Notes: a model not told the origin generated them from the sequence alone. 24,000 nt of DNA from Pedobacter kyonggii (GCF_004310665.1 NZ_SIXF01000004.1:153742-177741); one strand, 5' to 3'. Counted from the stretch's first letter, positions 10,146-17,689 are shown. Numbers and translations are program-made.

Positions 10146-10174
10146 TGTAAGGATTCCATTAAGCGCCCGACTAA
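10146..10174 (+). promoter_or_regulatory. Candidate ECF-type promoter, copy 1 (upstream of the alpha/beta hydrolase)
   Basis: TGTAAGGATTCCATTAAGCGCCCGACTAA. It fits TGTAAGG-N15-CGAC(T/A)AA with the same spacing as the four other copies and is preceded by a T-run. It ends 77 nt before the ATG at 10251. Confidence 0.65.
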
Positions 10175-10250
10175 GCAATGTAATATTTGGCTGGCCCTAA
10201 ATATTGGCTGCAAGTGTAGCATCCAAGCCTCCCATTTTAAACTAAATTTA

Positions 10251-11216
10251 ATGATTATGAGAACACCTTTGATGATAATATTCTTCTTGATCATCGGTTT
10301 TTGCAATATTAAAACTGTTAAAGCACAATCTACCAAATATGATTTCCCACCTCAAACAAATTATCGCTACCAGTATGTGAAAGGTTTACGCATGTTTTAT
10401 AGAGAAGCGGGAGACAAAAACAGACCGACGATTGTTCTGCTACATGGATTTCCATCATCTTCTCATACCTATAGAAATCTTATTCCAATGTTGGCAACTC
10501 AGTACCACGTTATAGCGCCCGACAACATAGGGTCAGGATTTAGTGACAGGCTTAATCCCAATAATGTGAAGTATACATTTGATACATTGGCCAACTTTAC
10601 GAACACACTACTTGACAGCATTGGAGTTAAAGACTATGTAATGTATATGCAAGATTTTGGTGCTCCTGTAGGATACAGAATGTATGCTATGAAGCCTAAG
10701 CGTATTACTCATCTTATCGTTCAAAATGCAAATGCTTATTTAGAGGGACTCACGGCTGATAGACAATTGTTCTTCAAATCCGCACATGATGATTCTTCGA
10801 AATCTAAAATTGATTTTTTGTTTGGTTTGATGTCAAAAGAAGCCATTATCAACAAGCAATATTTATTTGATATTGACTCCTCAAGGTATGATATACAATC
10901 ACCCGATGCATGGGTTCATGATTTATACTTTTTGCAGTCGGATGCTGATAAAAAAATTCAAGTGCAATTATTTCAGGACTATTACAATAATTTGCTGAGT
11001 TATCCCTATTGGCAAGAGCTGCTAAGAAATAATCAACCAAAAACTTTAATTGCATGGGGTGAAAAGGATATGAAATTTATTTCAGAAGGGGCCAAAGCAT
11101 ATTTAAGAGATCTTCCAAATGCCGAATTACACTTACTGGATGCAGGACATTTTGCTGTTGAAGAAAAAGGAAGAGAGGTTGCCATACTTATCCTGAACTT
11201 CTTGAAGAACAACTAA
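10251..11216 (+). CDS. Secreted alpha/beta-fold hydrolase of the epoxide-hydrolase/haloalkane-dehalogenase type (Asp nucleophile)
   Basis: Signal peptide ..IIGFCNIKTVKAQS. HGFP oxyanion motif (LLHGFPSSSHTYRNL). Nucleophile-elbow-like MQDFGAPVG, with Asp where Ser would sit. C-terminal catalytic His context LLDAGHFAVEE. The start could instead be the ATG at 10257. Confidence 0.85.
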   Translation: MIMRTPLMIIFFLIIGFCNIKTVKAQSTKYDFPPQTNYRYQYVKGLRMFYREAGDKNRPTIVLLHGFPSSSHTYRNLIPMLATQYHVIAPDNIGSGFSDRLNPNNVKYTFDTLANFTNTLLDSIGVKDYVMYMQDFGAPVGYRMYAMKPKRITHLIVQNANAYLEGLTADRQLFFKSAHDDSSKSKIDFLFGLMSKEAIINKQYLFDIDSSRYDIQSPDAWVHDLYFLQSDADKKIQVQLFQDYYNNLLSYPYWQELLRNNQPKTLIAWGEKDMKFISEGAKAYLRDLPNAELHLLDAGHFAVEEKGREVAILILNFLKNN

Positions 11217-11349
11217 GTAGAGACCAGCATCAATCGGGTAAACGGCTCGGTGAAAAACCTCACAGAGCGCCACTCGAGAGTTTAGCACCCACTAAAATTT
11301 TCCGATTGCAAAGCGGCGTCAATTCCTTACAAAAAAATACAAAATACTT

Positions 11350-11378
11350 TGTAAGGATTGACGGGCTGTTACGACTAA
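11350..11378 (+). promoter_or_regulatory. Candidate autoregulatory ECF-type promoter, copy 2 (upstream of the sigma/anti-sigma pair)
   Basis: TGTAAGGATTGACGGGCTGTTACGACTAA. Same motif and spacing as the other copies. It ends 65 nt before the sigma-factor ATG at 11443. Confidence 0.7.
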
Positions 11379-11442
11379 GGGGTCAAAAAGAATGCGACAG
11401 AAATGTGGGATGAGATGACCAAACAGAACCTTATATTTAGAT

Positions 11443-12042
11443 ATGTTACAAAAAGATCCTGAGTTTGATACTATTGACAAAAATGCCATCGACCCGCACA
11501 GTTGGGTAAACAAGTATGCCGACTATCTTTTCTCTTATGCGGTCTTCCGCATCAATGATCAGGAGCAGGCGCAGGACCTGGTGCAGGAAACTTTCCTTGC
11601 AGCACTGGAACGCCAGGAAAAGTTTGAAGGCAGGAGTTCTGAGAAAACCTGGCTAACGGCTATCTTAAAAAATAAAATCGTTGACGTTTACCGCTCCAGG
11701 TCGTCGGGACTCAGTAAAGAGATCATTCAAGCGGATATAGAAAGATCGGACGAGGATTTTTTTGACCAGAACGATGGCCATTGGAATGATCAGCACAGAC
11801 CGGCTAAGCTCGGCATAGAAACCTCCGATGCGCTGGAAAATAAAGAGTTTGAAAGAATATTGAAGGCTTGCATGGATAAGCTGCCTGCGCTCTGGCTATC
11901 AGTTTTCTCTATGAAGCATATAGATGAAGAGACCACCGAGCTGATCTGCAGTGAACTCAAGATCAGCTCATCAAATTTTTGGGTCATTATTCACAGGGCT
12001 AAAGTAAACCTAAGGTCATGCCTCCAAAAAAACTGGATTTAA
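11443..12042 (+). CDS. ECF-type RNA polymerase sigma-70 family factor
   Basis: Region 2 block DLVQETFLAALERQEKFEGRSSEKTWLTAILKNKIVDVYR. Region 4 block LPALWLSVFSMKHIDEETTELICSELKISSSNFWVIIHRAKVNLRSCL. It is 199 aa and followed 10 nt later by an anti-sigma-like ORF. Confidence 0.9.
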   Translation: MLQKDPEFDTIDKNAIDPHSWVNKYADYLFSYAVFRINDQEQAQDLVQETFLAALERQEKFEGRSSEKTWLTAILKNKIVDVYRSRSSGLSKEIIQADIERSDEDFFDQNDGHWNDQHRPAKLGIETSDALENKEFERILKACMDKLPALWLSVFSMKHIDEETTELICSELKISSSNFWVIIHRAKVNLRSCLQKNWI

Positions 12043-12052
12043 GCACGAACAG

Positions 12053-12340
12053 ATGAAAGAACTAACAGAAACAGAAATAAAAAAGATTGCATACAACTGC
12101 CGTAAGGCGACCTATTTGATAGAGAAGCAGCAAATAGGCAAAATTACGTTAAGGGAGAAACTGGAACTAAAAATCCACCTGACCGGATGTGCAATTTGTG
12201 TCACTTTCATGCGGCAGAGCGCGGTGATCAATCAAATGGCCAGGAAGCTGGTGAATGCGGATTCCAATACGCTGAAGCTGGACGAAAAATTTAAAGAGCG
12301 GATGCAAAAACGCATCAATAGCCGCCTGAACAAAAATTGA
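12053..12340 (+). CDS. Small soluble zinc-binding anti-sigma factor (ZAS, RsrA-like), no transmembrane segment
   Basis: It carries H42-x3-C46-x2-C49 (IHLTGCAIC) plus C16 exactly 25 residues upstream of the His. It is 95 aa, has no hydrophobic helix, and sits immediately downstream of the ECF sigma gene. Confidence 0.7.
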   Translation: MKELTETEIKKIAYNCRKATYLIEKQQIGKITLREKLELKIHLTGCAICVTFMRQSAVINQMARKLVNADSNTLKLDEKFKERMQKRINSRLNKN

Positions 12341-12598
12341 TCAGCAAAATAAAGATTGGCTATGGAATTTTCCCTGCGCAATAGAATACATCCATTATTT
12401 GTATTCCTGTTGATAACCATCTTGTCGTTAGTCATTTTACTGTGCTTGGCCGAATCCATTTTCATTTTTTTCATTTTGTCTTTTTCCATCTTGCCCTTTT
12501 CCTGGAACGGAGATGCCAGAACGCTAAGGGAAAGGCAGGAAACGATTAAGGCTGAAAACGGTGTTTTAAACAGAAATATATGGGACTTGAAACGCCCA

Positions 12599-12784
12599 AT
12601 GGCCAATACTATGTGGGGCTGGAAATGGGGAGCGCCATTCACCCTCAGCCAATACTGGCTTATGAAAAACGGAAAGCCTTTATTAGTCGAGCACGGCGCC
12701 CCTTTAAGGCTAATCATACCAGTAAAATATGGAATTAAGAATTTAAAAAGGATTGGAAATAGCCTGTTTAGCAATAAATTTTAA
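12599..12784 (+). pseudogene. Possible C-terminal relic of a molybdopterin-binding oxidoreductase (sulfite-oxidase/MsrP-YedY fold)
   Basis: ..LMKNGKPLLVEHGAPLRLIIPVKYGIKNLKRIG.. resembles the conserved ..NG.PL....G.P.RLVVP..YG.K..K.I block at the C-terminal end of the Mo domain. The upstream part of the 142-aa ORF shows no Mo-domain features (no Cys ligand region). The last 42 nt overlap the convergent gene on the - strand. Confidence 0.4.
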
Positions 12785-13408
12785 ATCTTTTATTTCTAAA
12801 ACATTTTTGTGATATCCAAGTGTCAGCGTTCGAATTAAAGCACTTACAATTTTATCATATGTTAAGGTTTGATTAGGAAAAACAAAAGGATAAATAAGCT
12901 TAAGTCCTTTATAAATCCACCTTACATTTTTTTGTGTTTTCAAAGGAGTAATAAACCCTGGACGAAAGCTGTAAGCCACTTTAAAATGTAGCTTATTTAA
13001 TGCGTTCTCTGTTTTGCCTTTAATCCTTGCCCACATTATTTTTCCATTTTCCGAACTATCTGCATATACTCCAGATAAGTAAAAGAAAACCATATCTGGA
13101 TTGAAACCAGCAAGTTGCTTTGCAAACATTATAGTAGTATAAAAAGTGATTTGGTTGTATTTATCCTCGTTCATACCAAAGGAACTAGTGCCCGCGCAAA
13201 AGAAACAGCCATCATAGCCAGTTAGTTGGTTTTTCTGGGCGGCCATATCTGTAAAATCTTTTACGATCAGTTCAGAGAGTTTGGGATGTTTTAATGAAGA
13301 AGCTCTTCTATTTACCATCAATACTACGGTAATATCGGGATGATCAAGAGAGGCCAGCAAAATTCCTTCCCCGATCATCCCTGTAGCTCCTGTAATTATT
13401 ATTTTCAT
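12743..13408 (-). CDS. NAD(P)H-binding Rossmann protein (atypical SDR/epimerase-like)
   Basis: N-terminal MKIIITGATGMIGEGIL (GxxGxxG). It is 221 aa and the last gene of the TetR operon. Confidence 0.8.
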   Translation of the reverse strand: MKIIITGATGMIGEGILLASLDHPDITVVLMVNRRASSLKHPKLSELIVKDFTDMAAQKNQLTGYDGCFFCAGTSSFGMNEDKYNQITFYTTIMFAKQLAGFNPDMVFFYLSGVYADSSENGKIMWARIKGKTENALNKLHFKVAYSFRPGFITPLKTQKNVRWIYKGLKLIYPFVFPNQTLTYDKIVSALIRTLTLGYHKNVLEIKDLKFIAKQAISNPF

Positions 13409-13422
13409 TATTTCATTACATA

Positions 13423-13986
13423 TCAGCGTTCAATCATTTTCCAAAACATAGCGAATGTATCTAGAATGATGCTGTGCTGTTCTTTTTTAGTGAATTTGTT
13501 TGATGAAAGGTATTGATTTACACCAAACACCTGATTACTGATCAAGGCATACAATAAGTTTACATCAATATCGGCGATCTTTTGCTCCTCTACAGCCGAA
13601 CTGAAAAGCTGTAATACGGGGGTTATCTGCGCTGAAATTTTATCAGCTCCGACTTTTTTCAGATAGGGGGAATTGGAGAACTGCGCCAGAAACAAAAACT
13701 CACTGGGATTACGGAGCGACCATTTAAGCGACTCTTCATAATAGCTCTGGATAATCGCTTTTGTTGATTTAACTTCCGCCAATGCAGCATTTATGCTTTC
13801 TGCCGCATGCCCCTTCAATTTTAAGTAAAGTGAAACGATCAAGTCATCTTTAGTCGGGAAAAAATAGAACAAAGTCCCTGTTGCTATCCCTGCCTCTTTT
13901 GCAATTTTACTTGTCGGTGTATCATTAAATCCTTGTGAAACAAACAATTCTAATGCTGTTTCAAGTAACTTTTCCCTTTTATCCAT
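13423..13986 (-). CDS. TetR/AcrR-family transcriptional regulator
   Basis: N-terminal HTH LETALELFVSQGFNDTPTSKIAKEAGIATGTLFYFFPTKDDL. It is 187 aa. Confidence 0.92.
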   Translation of the reverse strand: MDKREKLLETALELFVSQGFNDTPTSKIAKEAGIATGTLFYFFPTKDDLIVSLYLKLKGHAAESINAALAEVKSTKAIIQSYYEESLKWSLRNPSEFLFLAQFSNSPYLKKVGADKISAQITPVLQLFSSAVEEQKIADIDVNLLYALISNQVFGVNQYLSSNKFTKKEQHSIILDTFAMFWKMIER

Positions 13987-13999
13987 AGGTTCCTGGCGA

Positions 14000-14407
14000 T
14001 TACTTTATATCATCCATCCGGCCACAGAACAATTCATTAACCATAATGGTATCCAAATATTCATAAAGCCCGCTAATTAAGCCGTCTTTAAAGGTAAGAA
14101 GCAACATCACATTGTTTACGTAAATACGGCCATCCTTTCGCGTTCCCCGAATATGAACATAAAGCGCTGCACGCTCTTCGTCTGCTGTAACAGACCGAAG
14201 CGTCATTTTCATTCCCGCCGGGAATCGTTCTGCTACGATGCCCCATAATTTTGTCTGGTTTTCTAGTGATTGATAACCTCCATACGGCCAGGATCCCTCG
14301 CCGCTCCACCAATAAACATAATCAGGCGTTTTTAATTCGGACATTTCATCGAAGTTACCAGCAACCATTGCATTGAAATACTTTTCTGCGATTTCTTTTG
14401 TTTTCAT
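14000..14407 (-). CDS. NTF2-fold / SnoaL-like protein
   Basis: 135 aa. The N-terminal KEIAEKYFNAMVAGNFDEM is typical of SnoaL-like/NTF2 family proteins. It is the first gene of the TetR operon. Confidence 0.7.
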   Translation of the reverse strand: MKTKEIAEKYFNAMVAGNFDEMSELKTPDYVYWWSGEGSWPYGGYQSLENQTKLWGIVAERFPAGMKMTLRSVTADEERAALYVHIRGTRKDGRIYVNNVMLLLTFKDGLISGLYEYLDTIMVNELFCGRMDDIK

Positions 14408-14414
14408 ATTTTAT

Positions 14415-14442
14415 CATTGACTGACTGTTTAGTCAGTCAATG
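14415..14442. promoter_or_regulatory. Perfect palindrome, candidate TetR operator
   Basis: CATTGACTGACT-gttt-AGTCAGTCAATG, with 12-bp perfect arms and a 4-bp spacer. It starts 8 nt upstream of the first ATG (14407, - strand) of the SnoaL-TetR-NAD(P)-binding operon. Confidence 0.65.
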
Positions 14443-14588
14443 TAAATGTACAATAATTTATTTATCTACAAAATCTGTAAAAGACAATAATTAATTAGTC
14501 TTCTGACAACCCAGTTAAAGGTCTGGAGTTGCTGCTCTTGCGGAACCGCTTGGTCAAGACCTTTAAAACTTCCCATTATAACTTCGCG

Positions 14589-16271
14589 TTAAGAATTGGC
14601 CGACTTTACGTATCGCGTGTTCCGTCTGATCATATCTATGCCTTCTCGGTAGGGCATATAACTCAGCCCGCGCTCCCTGCGGTTTTGTTTACTTACCTGG
14701 TATAAGATACTCCAATGACGGATGATCTCTTTCCAGGCAAAAAATATCAAATGTTTAGGATCGTAAATATGAGCCGGCTCGCTGGCAGCACCATTTACCT
14801 CCATGATCTTGAATTGACCGGCACAGAGTTCCGGCCAGGTATGGTACTTCACATCTAAGCGACCGTAATAAAAGCCTGGGATCTGTGTGCAAACCGCGTG
14901 GACACTTTGTACCAGCTCGTCGGTCAGATGATCGCTAAGGTCAATAAATTTTGCGCCGCGGCTATGATTGCCATAAGGTGCCGGCAGGGCAATTTCGCCT
15001 GCGGGAATGATACGTTGCAGTGCCTGGTAATCGTATTTGGCTAATGCTGGCAGTTGCAGCAGATATCTCGGCTCTTTGGCCAACAGCTCCTGTAAAGTGG
15101 AGCATCCGTCGCCGGTTACACTCATTAGTTCCTTTCCAACGATACCAGTGATGCTTACAATATCACTGCCCGGCATTCTGTAATAAAATATCCCGGCTTC
15201 TTTAGGATAATCAATATATTCCTGCAGTAAAAAATCTACCTTACTGTTAGCTGCATAAGTCTGGAGGTCTTCCTGAGATTTTAACAATTTCACCTGCAAA
15301 CCACGTTGGCCGATATCAGGCTTGGCAATCAGTGGCAAAGCAACGTTGATGTTTGCCACCGGTGTACCAGCTTTAATCAGAATCGTCTTTGGACAATATT
15401 GCGGAATATGGGTGTAAATTTGATACTTGCTATCCATGGCGAACCCGCCATTTTTCATGCCAGGGTTAGCCGTATTAAAGAAAAAAATGGCACGTGACTT
15501 AATACTGAGCCAAAACCAATAGAACATTACAGGCGTATAGACAACATAATAAGGCCAATACTCCCAATTAAAAAGCTTTATCAAAAAAATGCGCAGATTC
15601 AACCATGAAATTTCCTTCCTAACTATATCCAACTGCTTTGCCTGTGTTGTGTTGGTTTTAAGATCCTCATATGTCATATCCACTTGGGTATAACTTACCT
15701 GGATATGTGTGATGCTTACGGTGCTAACAGGGCCCGTTAAGCATTCCGACCGATGAAAATCAATTACAGCTGCACGGTCCTTTTTATTCGCCGATTTAAA
15801 ACGGCTGAATTTTTCCCTTTGGTTTATTTCATCGTAAAGCGTTGCAGAGCTCCATATTTGCGGCTGTTGCGGATCAAGCTGAACCGAGTATTTATATGCT
15901 CCATCCCAGCGGCATTCACAAACCATCCCTTTTGTGCAAAGCACCAGGGTAAAAGGCTCAATATCGTGCAGATCAACGCTTTCAAAATACCGTTCCGGGT
16001 GAGTGTTTGCAATGACTTCCAGCAGTAGTAAGCCGCGGCTTTTCTTATAAAACGGCTTTTGGATGTGTTTGGCAAAAGCGCCGTTCAATAGTACCGCCAC
16101 GTCGCCATTTGTCTTAGCAGCGATCCAGCTACCGCTTTTATCGGGGTCTTTGGGATAAAGCAGGTTGCCATAAGTAGCCGGGGAAATCGCCGTACCGCGA
16201 TTTTGATGCTCATCCCGGTTTGAAGTCAGATAAAAGCCTTCCTTGGCCGGTATATAAGTTACGGTGCACAT
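14589..16271 (-). CDS. Fusion protein: N-terminal NRDE/TANGO2-like domain (Cys2), two predicted TM helices, C-terminal ATP-grasp ligase domain
   Basis: It starts MCTVTYIPAKEGFYLTSNRDEHQNRG, giving the Met-Cys start plus literal NRDE motif of the NRDE/TANGO2 family, with SRG and LLNG blocks further on. The hydrophobic stretch is FNWEYWPYYVVYTPVMFYWFWLSIKSRAIFFF. The ATP-grasp signatures are PLIAKPDIGQRGLQVKLL, LLQEYIDYPKEAGIFYY, and the E-x-N Mg site in FKIMEVNGAASEPAHIYDP. Confidence 0.75.
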   Translation of the reverse strand: MCTVTYIPAKEGFYLTSNRDEHQNRGTAISPATYGNLLYPKDPDKSGSWIAAKTNGDVAVLLNGAFAKHIQKPFYKKSRGLLLLEVIANTHPERYFESVDLHDIEPFTLVLCTKGMVCECRWDGAYKYSVQLDPQQPQIWSSATLYDEINQREKFSRFKSANKKDRAAVIDFHRSECLTGPVSTVSITHIQVSYTQVDMTYEDLKTNTTQAKQLDIVRKEISWLNLRIFLIKLFNWEYWPYYVVYTPVMFYWFWLSIKSRAIFFFNTANPGMKNGGFAMDSKYQIYTHIPQYCPKTILIKAGTPVANINVALPLIAKPDIGQRGLQVKLLKSQEDLQTYAANSKVDFLLQEYIDYPKEAGIFYYRMPGSDIVSITGIVGKELMSVTGDGCSTLQELLAKEPRYLLQLPALAKYDYQALQRIIPAGEIALPAPYGNHSRGAKFIDLSDHLTDELVQSVHAVCTQIPGFYYGRLDVKYHTWPELCAGQFKIMEVNGAASEPAHIYDPKHLIFFAWKEIIRHWSILYQVSKQNRRERGLSYMPYREGIDMIRRNTRYVKSANS

Positions 16272-16759
16272 CCCTGCCTGTATTTGAGCGTGGATGCCGC
16301 GATGCCAAATCCGGCCGGTATCTCTATTGCTGAGATGGCACCAATGCCTATTCTGATCAGTGCCATATGATGTACGGTATGCTCCAGGTTGTAGATAAGT
16401 TCCCGGTAGTAATTGGTTTGTATTCGGATTGATTGAGATTCCTCAGCATCATAGTTTACCACCAGCACGAGTTTCCGGTCGGGTTTCCCTAAACTACAGA
16501 TAATTTCCCGTAGACATTGCTGCGCTACCTCTTTATCGTTTTCTACGGCGTGGTTTCTTTCGCGGCGGTCATAATCAACCTCCCCGATCGCATAACCCTT
16601 ATTGAGTTCCAAATAAAACTCCAGTATATGACGGCCATGCTGACCTATGGTTGACCCGGATAAGATGGTCAGCGGATGTGTAAATTCGGTATTGGTCAGC
16701 CCGCCGATAATACCGTGTAGCTGTTCTAGCAAATTGGTTATAGGTTCTTTAAGCGGCAT
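16259..16759 (-). CDS. DinB/DinB_2-superfamily-like four-helix-bundle protein (putative metal-dependent, possibly thiol-dependent, enzyme)
   Basis: His-rich motifs sit at DinB-like positions: GQHGRHILEFY in the N-terminal third and LEHTVHHMALI (H-x3-H) near the C-terminus. It is 166 aa. Its stop overlaps the downstream ATG by 13 nt. Confidence 0.5.
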   Translation of the reverse strand: MPLKEPITNLLEQLHGIIGGLTNTEFTHPLTILSGSTIGQHGRHILEFYLELNKGYAIGEVDYDRRERNHAVENDKEVAQQCLREIICSLGKPDRKLVLVVNYDAEESQSIRIQTNYYRELIYNLEHTVHHMALIRIGIGAISAIEIPAGFGIAASTLKYRQGCAP

Positions 16760-16763
16760 AGGA

Positions 16764-17165
16764 TCAGCGATTGGTAAATGGTAGATAGTTGAACAATTGT
16801 TTTTTTAAGAGCGGCACTAATGCCATGCAGCTGATTAACGTCACTAAAGCCAAAATGAAAAGTTTACCACCATCGTTCTGTACATTGATGCCTAATTGTG
16901 TCAGGTGAAAAAAGATAGCCCCCACAATAATGCCTATGCCTAGCAGCGCGCCTAAAATAGTGGTACGGGGAAACAGGATCAATAGGGAGGCGATCAGTTC
17001 TAGGCAGCCGATGCCGATGCGTCCATATGGCTCCATCCCTAATTTGGTAAAGATATACACAGATTCCGGCGCGGCTGTAAACTTGAAGAAAAGGGTTTGC
17101 AGCATAATGCCGGCTGCTATCAGGCGGAGGCCCCAGGTTAGCATATCAAGGTTTTTTGTCGTCAC
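16764..17165 (-). CDS. DoxX-family integral membrane protein
   Basis: About 130 aa with four hydrophobic helices. WGLRLIAAGIML..FFKF.. and GCLELIASLLILFPRT are typical DoxX blocks. The start is either the GTG at 17165 or the ATG at 17144. Confidence 0.8.
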   Translation of the reverse strand: MTTKNLDMLTWGLRLIAAGIMLQTLFFKFTAAPESVYIFTKLGMEPYGRIGIGCLELIASLLILFPRTTILGALLGIGIIVGAIFFHLTQLGINVQNDGGKLFILALVTLISCMALVPLLKKQLFNYLPFTNR

Positions 17166-17211
17166 GATATTGAGATTTTAGTGTAAAAAGATATGTTTTT
17201 ATGTTTATTCT

Positions 17212-17667
17212 CTAATTTTGAGTGAACCTGGTCCAACTTATATCAGCTTTGGTTTTCAGCCTGCTCTCGTCTTTATCCCAGGATTTTTTGGTATTGTTAA
17301 GGAATTTGTTGTAAAAGAGGTAAAGCTTGCCACTTACGAGCTTAAAAGTCTCCGGGTCAACAGCTACTTTGGTGCCGCTGGCTCCCATGGCATAGGCACA
17401 CCAACCACCATATTGCGGTAAATATTTAGCGGTGTTGGCCTTAAACAGACTGCGGTGCTGGTTGCTGACAAAACGATAAGTCACGCCATCATGCACCAAC
17501 GTAATTTCTTTTTTCCCTTCGACCGCTTTTTGCATCGTAAAATACGCTACCGGGTCGTAACCTGCCAACGCAAGGCCCGTATCATCCAGGTTAAGTTGTT
17601 TTTTTTGAGCCCGTGCTGAGTTCAGGATCAAGGCTGTAAATACGATAAGCAATAGGTATTTATACAT
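17212..17667 (-). CDS. Secreted YHS-domain protein (TRASH/YHS metal-binding-type fold; Cys form)
   Basis: Signal peptide MYKYLLLIVFTALILNSARAQ. LAGYDPVAYF...GVTYRFVS..HRSLF..N..KYLPQYGGWCAYAM...GKLYLFYN matches the YHS-domain family layout. The ATG at 17667 is preferred over the TTG at 17709 in the ORF track. Confidence 0.8.
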   Translation of the reverse strand: MYKYLLLIVFTALILNSARAQKKQLNLDDTGLALAGYDPVAYFTMQKAVEGKKEITLVHDGVTYRFVSNQHRSLFKANTAKYLPQYGGWCAYAMGASGTKVAVDPETFKLVSGKLYLFYNKFLNNTKKSWDKDESRLKTKADISWTRFTQN

Positions 17668-17689
17668 AGTCTTCCGAGTGTTTACCAGC

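Noticed and set aside
11392-11418. A short upstream ORF (MRQKCGMR-stop) in the predicted 5' leader of the sigma gene
   Set aside because: Eight codons can arise by chance in a 60-nt leader, and nothing in the sequence supports a function. Noted only in case ribosome profiling exists.
11319-11513. A 64-aa - strand ORF across the sigma promoter and start
   Set aside because: It is antisense to the sigma gene's 5' end and promoter, with no motif or conservation cues. It is most likely spurious.
12232-12774. The 180-aa - strand ORF as one intact gene
   Set aside because: It would overlap the well-supported anti-sigma gene by 109 nt. There is no ATG near the signal-peptide-like segment, and only a short central stretch (the MXKDX-like part) looks meaningful. 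It is kept only as a possible relic in the findings.
14515-14566. Inverted repeat TTAAAGGTCT...AGACCTTTAA downstream of the fusion gene as its terminator
   Set aside because: The loop is 32 nt and no T-run follows on the - strand. It could be a weak terminator, but the evidence is too thin to annotate.
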